Shown here piece after piece: positions 56,349 to 64,000 of a stretch of DNA of 64,000 nt. Made by a program: the position numbers and the translations under genes. Origin of the DNA: Eledone cirrhosa (Eukaryota); assembly GCA_964016885.1 (NCBI GenBank), contig OZ024740.1, positions 194,432,001 through 194,496,000 on the forward strand, written 5' to 3'. A model generated the notes under the pieces. The model saw only the letters and a program-made list of their open reading frames with translations, was not told where the DNA came from and made no database searches. Each line of letters starts with the position of its first letter. Position 1 is the first letter of the stretch.

Positions 56349-56950
56349 TGCGGTGGATTGGCAGTATCGGTAGAGGGTCGGACGCCATGCTTTGCAACAT
56401 AGAGTTACGGCCCTTTCTGATCTGAGTTCAAATCCCGCCGAGGTTAACTTTGCCTTTCATCCTTAAGAGCTCGATAAAATAAAGTACCAGTTACGCACTG
56501 GAGTCAATTTAATCGACTTTCCCTTCCCCCAAAATGACTGGCCTTGTGCCTATATAAGAAACCATTATTATTGCGGTGGAATTATTGTATTGTTACATCA
56601 TTGGCGACCATGCTTCGAGACACATAGTTACGGCTCTTTACCTTCTCATATCAAATCCCGCCGAGGTCAGCTTTGCTTTTCATTCTTACGGGGTCGAGAA
56701 AATGATATTTCTACTTTTGGCACAATACCAGTAATTACCCCAGTACATTATTTTATCGACCCCCATAAAAGTTAATATCGACGGGAAATCAGAACGTAAA
56801 GGGCAATAACGCTATGCCGCAAGGCGCTCTACCGATATTGCCAAACCATCGTCGATAAAATAATGTACCAGTAACGTAGTGGAGTCTAATTAATCAACTT
56901 TCCCTCCCCCCCAAAAAAATGTTGGCCTTGTGCATAAAACACAAGCCATT
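56349..56950. mobile_element. Cluster of SINE family B copies (full copy 56349-56565 +, then partial copies on both strands)
   Basis: gcggtggattggcagtatcggtagag...gttcaaatcccgccgaggttaactttgcctttcatcc...; (ATT)n flanks. Confidence 0.85.
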
Positions 56951-57459
56951 ATCATCCTTATCATTGTTATAATCACCCTCCCTTTCTTTTGTGACTTTTA
57001 CGATATGATGTTTAAATTTGATTTTTTGACTTTGGTTGTTATGATGAAATCGTTTATAAGAGATTGTGAATATGCAACCTTTCAGAAAACGAAGGACAAC
57101 AAAACTGTAAGCTAAATTAGCATTCTACATTATTACATTATAAAATCAGTATACAAAACACGTATAGGAAGAGTTGCTATAAATAGCAGTCAATTTGTGT
57201 AAATAACACTCCAGGGAATTAGATCTAAGATTTCCAGTGTGTCGAAGAACCACATAGAGGATCCCTCTCTTGACTTGTGAATGTTCTCGTGTGGATGGTA
57301 CTGGTGAATTGTAATAGTTAAAATATGCTCTAATTATGATAGATTTCGACGGTTGCGGCTAAAGCATTTACAATTCTATTACTTATCCATAGGATACGTT
57401 TTATCTCTGACATTAACACATAACAGATACGATCCATCGATTATTTGTCTTATTCCAAT

Positions 57460-57665
57460 AATGGTTTCTTATATAGGCACAAGTCCATGAATTTTGGGAG
57501 AGGGGAAAGTCGATTAAATCGACTCCAGTACGTGACTGGTACTTTATTTTATCGACCCCGTAAGGATGTAAGACAAAGTTAACCTCGGCGGGATTTGAAT
57601 TCAGATCATAACTCTATGCTGCAAAGCATGTCGTCCGACTCTCTACCGAATCTGCCAATCCACCG
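57460..57665 (-). mobile_element. SINE family B, full length
   Basis: reverse complement of 56349-56565. Confidence 0.88.
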
Positions 57666-57685
57666 ATGTCTTATTTCAATGATGA

Positions 57686-58375
57686 TTTCATTTATTGGCC
57701 ACATAGGGCCGACATATAAGGGGCAATACAAAGACGTGGACAGTGGGGTTTCACAATAGAATTGAGGGAAATACACAGTAACAAAAACAATTAACGAGGA
57801 AAAATATAAAAATACAATGTATGAAAATATAACAAAATAAATTCCCCAGTAGGGGTGGGGATGAACCACCCAAGGGCGACTCAGGTACACCACTAATCCT
57901 AAAACACCCGACGCTTCGAGAGCACCCGGGAAGGACATCCCTCTCCTCCTCAAGTTAACCCACCTACAGGTACATGCTTAGAGTAGGTCCATTCATGCGG
58001 GCTATTCTTGCCACATTCACCCACGTTTTAACAAATATACTGGAAGGCAGCACTTTTCTCTTCACCCTCACCTTCCTTTCCAATTGAAACTTGAAAAGGT
58101 TGATGAGGGATTAGCCGAAGAGAAAGGTGTCTGTCTTCAGTCTTTTCAACCAGCTCCACCACACAACCTCTTTCTCTACCGCCATCAGACAGAGCAAAAC
58201 TGCCTGCCCTCCAAGTCAAAAGAAGGCAGTGAGGCAATCTTCACTATGGATTCAGTCGATAGCCACATCCGTCCTACACTTGACAACAGCTGATCGACAT
58301 AACTCCACAAGTCAGTAATGCATGGACACTGGACGAGTGAGTGCAGAACGCTTTCGTCGTTCTTCGCGCAGACTA
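57686..58375 (-). mobile_element. Tx1-like 3' fragment (diverged subfamily)
   Basis: DESVLHSLVQCPCITDLWSYVDQLL...LSTESIV, similar to ORF pieces near 38500. Confidence 0.8.
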
Positions 58376-58624
58376 TTTTCTCTTTCAGCCACGCAATGTA
58401 AGAAAACATCGAGTTATTTCTTATTACTTCTTACTCAAGGACAAAACTATGGTTTTCATGAATCTTTTTACGACCTCAAAGACTGGCGAAAAGGAAAAGA
58501 TAGAGTATCGTCAAACCGGAGACCTGGCCGGAACGATTGAAGCGAAATACGAGAGTGATGTAGCAGTGTTACGTCCAGTGATTTTAGCTGTAAAAAGAAA
58601 AGTTTGAGTCAATAAAAGAGACAA

Positions 58625-58723
<99 letters not shown>

Positions 58724-59510
58724 ATCCAAGCTCGCTTCCCTTCACTTTCTATCTTTCTATTACACGAAGAAGATACCTATAATTTCCTTCCTGAAATACA
58801 ATGTCAACATTCTAAATGAAATTGTTTGGATTAGGGATTCAAATCAAGAAAACGGCTTCATCTGACGAGTGATTACTGACACACCTAAGATAAATATATA
58901 CGAACGCCGATCACATTGAATCCTTCAGCTTTTAATTAAAGGAGGAATAACATTATTGTAACTGAAATCAATTCCTTTTCACTATTTCGTTGTTCATACA
59001 TATCATTTGGATCAGCCAACCTCTTGTCATAATGCCGCAGATAGTGTTGCTTAGATAAAATCATTCAGCTCGCTATTACTTTCTTATTGGACATCGAAAT
59101 CATTCTTATTAATAAAATCACAACTTTATTGGTTTAAAGTGCAGAAGATTGCCATAAATATTCATAAGCACATCGGTAAAGAAAGAGGACATTCTACTCT
59201 CAGACAAAATATCTAATGGTATTCGATCATTTCTCTGCTTATCCACATCAATAGTAGCAAAGATTTATTTGTAGTATCTCGAAGCTGTAGCCAAATTCCA
59301 ACCATTTGGGATTTGTACGAGATTACATTTTCTTTAATAGTTTTCCTCCTTTTTCCTTTGCCAAACTTGTTTGATATATTGTCTAAGGAAGACATAAAGA
59401 TTTACTTTTCAGGCAAAATGTACGAAAAATTACAAGTGATATTTATATTATACTCTGCACAAACATAGATGGTATGTATGTATTTTCATATCAAATCTCT
59501 CTCTCTTCCC

Positions 59511-60196
<686 letters not shown>

Positions 60197-61391
60197 GTAG
60201 GTGCTAACGAACGAAAAGGCACTGAACGTGGGTGTTGAGAGTAGTTATATTAATAGTTTGACTTAATTCCACATTTCCAGTGGTATCAAGGCGTAAACAC
60301 GTCTATTATGAGATACATCAGATATATATATGCAGATACATACAAACATATAACACATACACATCCATTCTGACGTACAAAATAAAAGCACACAGTTTTA
60401 CATATTATAGTTATTGTTTTACTACTTGTTCCTCTTACTGGTGTGGGTTGTTTAAGCTTGCATAATATTATATTTATGTAGATATCTAGTCTGCATCATT
60501 TCATTCATGAGAGCTATATAGAGTCATCTAATGTTCATTGATTTCATTTCAAGTATTTTTCTTCATGCTATTTGTGTATGCTCAATTCTCTGATAGCATC
60601 AACCAACAATATATTACACATCATGCAATATTCATTTCTTATAATCATATCAATACATCTCTCTTTCGTCTAATAACCTTAATGATACATTTCGCAACAT
60701 ACCTTTTCTCATCCACTCCAATCTGTATTATCTATACTGTCCACAAATTTCGATCAACTAATTTTTATGAGTTATCTTCCTCACTTATTCTTTGGGCATT
60801 TTAAAGACACCCAGACAGAATTTGTATAACTTCAGTTGATAGATATCTGTTAAGTTATTGTTTCATATGTGACTCCATTCTGTATTTGTATTTAACATTT
60901 AGAAATATCGTCATTCACTTATTTATTCTTATACACGAAACTGTCTTCTGTTTACTATTCTTCGTTCATTGCTCATCTGTTTATTTTCCATTATAAGAGA
61001 CTAGCAGAAAAACCACCCTTCGGGTGGTTTTCAGCTAGCATGTGTGGTGTGTATATTGATATTATACGCAAGTATATATACATGTAGATATGATACATCA
61101 AATAAAATCGTAATTGACAATATACACAGAAATTGAACGAAGACTGTGTTACACTGTTTTATGTAATCAGTAAAGTAATCCATGATACATTAAAAAAAGA
61201 CGATATTATATATAAACTGCATTAGGAAAAGATTGGTGAGAGGAAATGTGTATGTTTATTCAAGCGATAGTCAACCGGAAGTGCTGACATTTCAGAAATT
61301 TTAAAGAAGTGAATCTTTAAATAAGCAAAATATATTTAATCAACACCCACGAAATTTAGTAGATAAATTATGTAATATTCATTCATTATTT

Positions 61392-61500
61392 ATTCAAATC
61401 CCGCCGAGGTTAACTTTGCCTTTCATCCTTACGGGGTCGATAAAATAAAGTACCAGTAATACACTGGGTAATTGCTGGCCTTGTGCCTAACGTAGAAACA
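61392..61500 (+). mobile_element. SINE family B fragment
   Basis: core motif as in the other family B copies. Confidence 0.85.
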
Positions 61501-62319
61501 ATTATTTATTCAAAGTAATCCAACTTATTTTACTAATGGGATAAAAAAATTTATAAACCATACGCAGTCCCACGCTCTGCCTTTATTATAGTTTAGATTG
61601 AGTAGAGCCTCAGCTGTAAAGAATGAAATTATTTAGCTTTGTACCTCTACGTTTTGGATTGAAATACTCCTGACATCGACTTCGTTCTTCATCTTTCTCA
61701 GGCCGGTGAAATAAGTACCAGTCAAGTAATGAAGACGAGTAAATTGGAGTATTAAAGTCGTCTGCATTCTCACACAAGTTAGAAATAAATATCAACATTA
61801 ATATATATCAAAGAAGAAAATGTTTGTATGCTTCAAACTCTAGGTCGCAGTTTTATACCAAGGTAGCTAAAGTTTTACAAAAAAACACATCTTTCAAGTG
61901 AAATTCATAGGTTATATGGCTTTCTCTGGAATTTGATTTTTAGCTTCGGACAGAAAAACTATGAATATTGTATAACCCCAAGCACTGCAATAAATATTAG
62001 AAAAATTTACTGATTAGAAACATTATTTATTTACAGTAACTGTGTTAATTCGTAGAGTATCTTGAAACGGAAGCATGTAAAATTTCATTTTTAGGTCTAT
62101 ATTTGTTTATTTCAGTGAATGTTTATGAAGCTTAACTTCAACGATCCTCTGAATTGCTCGTATGTAACAATTCTGAGGAAATCAATATTCCAAAACCAAC
62201 TAAATAGTGCCGTCATCCTTTTAAAATAATGTATCTAAAATATAGGGAAGCGTAATTATTAGTATTACAATTATATCTAGACCACCGTTTATTCTCTTTG
62301 TAACATTTATGACATCCAG

Positions 62320-62452
62320 TACAGCTGTGATCAACGGAAAACGCGTTGGAACAACTGTGTGATTTCTGAAGGAGATAACTTGTAAACTCATGTACGCCTA
62401 ATATACATTTGAATAAAACACCAGTACCCATACTTTTGGGACAAACCTCATA
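62320..62452 (-). mobile_element. Possible mariner-like terminal fragment
   Basis: reverse begins tatgaggtttgtcccaaaagtatgggtactgg, resembling mariner TIRs (from memory); no partner TIR seen. Confidence 0.45.
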
Positions 62453-62547
62453 CACCTACATAGCCACACACACACATATTCCCCGATATATATATATATA
62501 AATTATTGAAGAAATATATATATAGAGAGAGATAAATAGATAGCTAG

Positions 62548-62578
<31 letters not shown>

Positions 62579-62719
62579 CATAGGTGGTGACATACATATA
62601 AGGGTGACATTAGTCACCGGTTTAGCTCAATGAATGAATTAATCATTTAATTAATTAGTCGGCAAACACTAATTAATTAATTGATTAATTCATTTATTGA
62701 ATTTATAGAGGACATGTTG

Positions 62720-63375
62720 TTACCTAAGTCAACAGAAGGTGATCTCTGACTTGCACTTGATAGGTTTGATGTCGAGTGCTGCATGGCAGGAATGAAAATT
62801 ATTGCTGCGAAAACTGAGACAGCCTCCTATCAAGAAAGCCTACGCAGTGTACTCTAAATGTGAATGGAGTTCTGTTGAAGCTGGTGGAGGAGATCAAGTA
62901 TCTCAGGGCCGTGTTCATGACTGATGGAAGACAGGAGGCTGAATTAAGTGAAAGAATAGCAGGAGCTGGTGATGCAATGCACCAGCTTCAGTATTCGGCA
63001 ATCAGAAGAAGGGAGTTAGGAGTAAAAACCAAACTCGCTATCTTCAAATCGACCATAGCACCTATGGTCGTGAATCTTGTGTAATGACCGGAAGATACGA
63101 TAGCAAATACAAGCGGCCGAAATGGGGTTCCTCTGAAGGGTCTTCGGATAAACTTTACTCGATAGAATGCGTAGCTCAGAGATCAGAGTGTTTATTTGAG
63201 GTTAATCTGAGGAGATAACTTGTGGAGCCGCTACCTCTCCGTATCGAGAGATCACAGATCCGATAATATGGGCATGTGGTTAAAATGTACCTGGAAAGAA
63301 TCGATGGAGAGATTTTATGGGCAAAACTATTCAAGAGGAGACCCAGGTGTAGATCCGAGAAATATAGTTGCATAA
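62720..63375 (+). mobile_element. Degenerate RTE-clade (Rex3/Expander-like) LINE 3' fragment
   Basis: VEEIKYL, KTKLAIFKST, TYGRES, IQAAEMGFL, IERSQIR*YGHV. Confidence 0.85.
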
Positions 63376-63489
63376 CATCTGTGAACTTCACTGGTCTCGT
63401 ATGTGTGTCTGCGTATATATGCGAGTATATGTATTATGTGTATATATATATATATACTTAAAAATACACCAAATAGCGGTCACATGAAC

Positions 63490-63543
<54 letters not shown>

Positions 63544-63552
63544 ATATATATT

Positions 63553-63810
63553 TCTAGGACAGGTAAAATTCCCGAGATGCATGGACGAGTTCTCTCCAGC
63601 GGTCTCTGTCCCTCATTATTGCTGCCATGTCCTGCGTCTCCAACAGACCAGTGTCTGTCCTTAGGGCATCAACATAAGTTAACCTTGGTCTTCCTCTTCC
63701 AGTGTGTCCATGTAGGGGCTCCCACAGGAACACTGAGTGCATTGTCAACTCTGGATGTCGGTGAGCATGTCCAGCTAATCTCAGTCTCCTCAGTGTCACT
63801 TTTGAGGTTA
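63553..63810 (-). mobile_element. 3' fragment of the 5567 RTE family
   Basis: RRLRLAGHAHRHPEL...RWRELVHASREFY; ends in TA repeats. Confidence 0.93.
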
Positions 63811-64000
63811 TAGTGAAATAAACATATGGTTTGGGTAGAGCAACCATAACGGAGTACATAACTTACTGATAATATCCGATGTTTTTCTCCACATGTGGAT
63901 GGGTTACACTAGCCACATTGAAACGACTGTAGTGATGTATAATTAAATAAATAATAATAACAATCATTGGTCCTATTGAATTCTGAATTATAAATATATA

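Noticed and set aside
62213-62455. Cys-rich 80-aa ORF as a host exon
   Set aside because: It begins within a mariner-like terminal sequence and has no recognisable domain.

Overview
AT-rich, microsatellite-saturated eukaryotic DNA. It is probably octopod cephalopod, inferred from the SINE families. I found no confident host protein-coding gene. The window is almost entirely retroelements sitting in simple repeats: (1) Penelope-like elements (PLEs; RT plus GIY-YIG), namely two large copies at 13043-16312 and 52458-55640 and several 3' fragments; (2) a near full-length degenerate Tx1/L1-type LINE and its 3' fragments in (GATA)n or (AAT)n; (3) RTE-clade LINE fragments; (4) many tRNA-derived SINEs. 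The most striking structure is non-coding. By eye I count about 25 type I or minimal hammerhead-ribozyme (HHR) motifs, including core variants (CCGANGA, TTGANAA) and forms with a long stem II insert. Most lie in fold-back (inverted-repeat) insertions whose HHR-sense 3' ends point outward, usually into (TA)n. The centrepiece is a 2.9-kb array (27161-30107) of a structured 467-bp unit with one HHR per unit, resembling a non-LTR retrozyme. The array flips orientation inside a hammerhead. Coordinates were read manually and may be off by a few bases.
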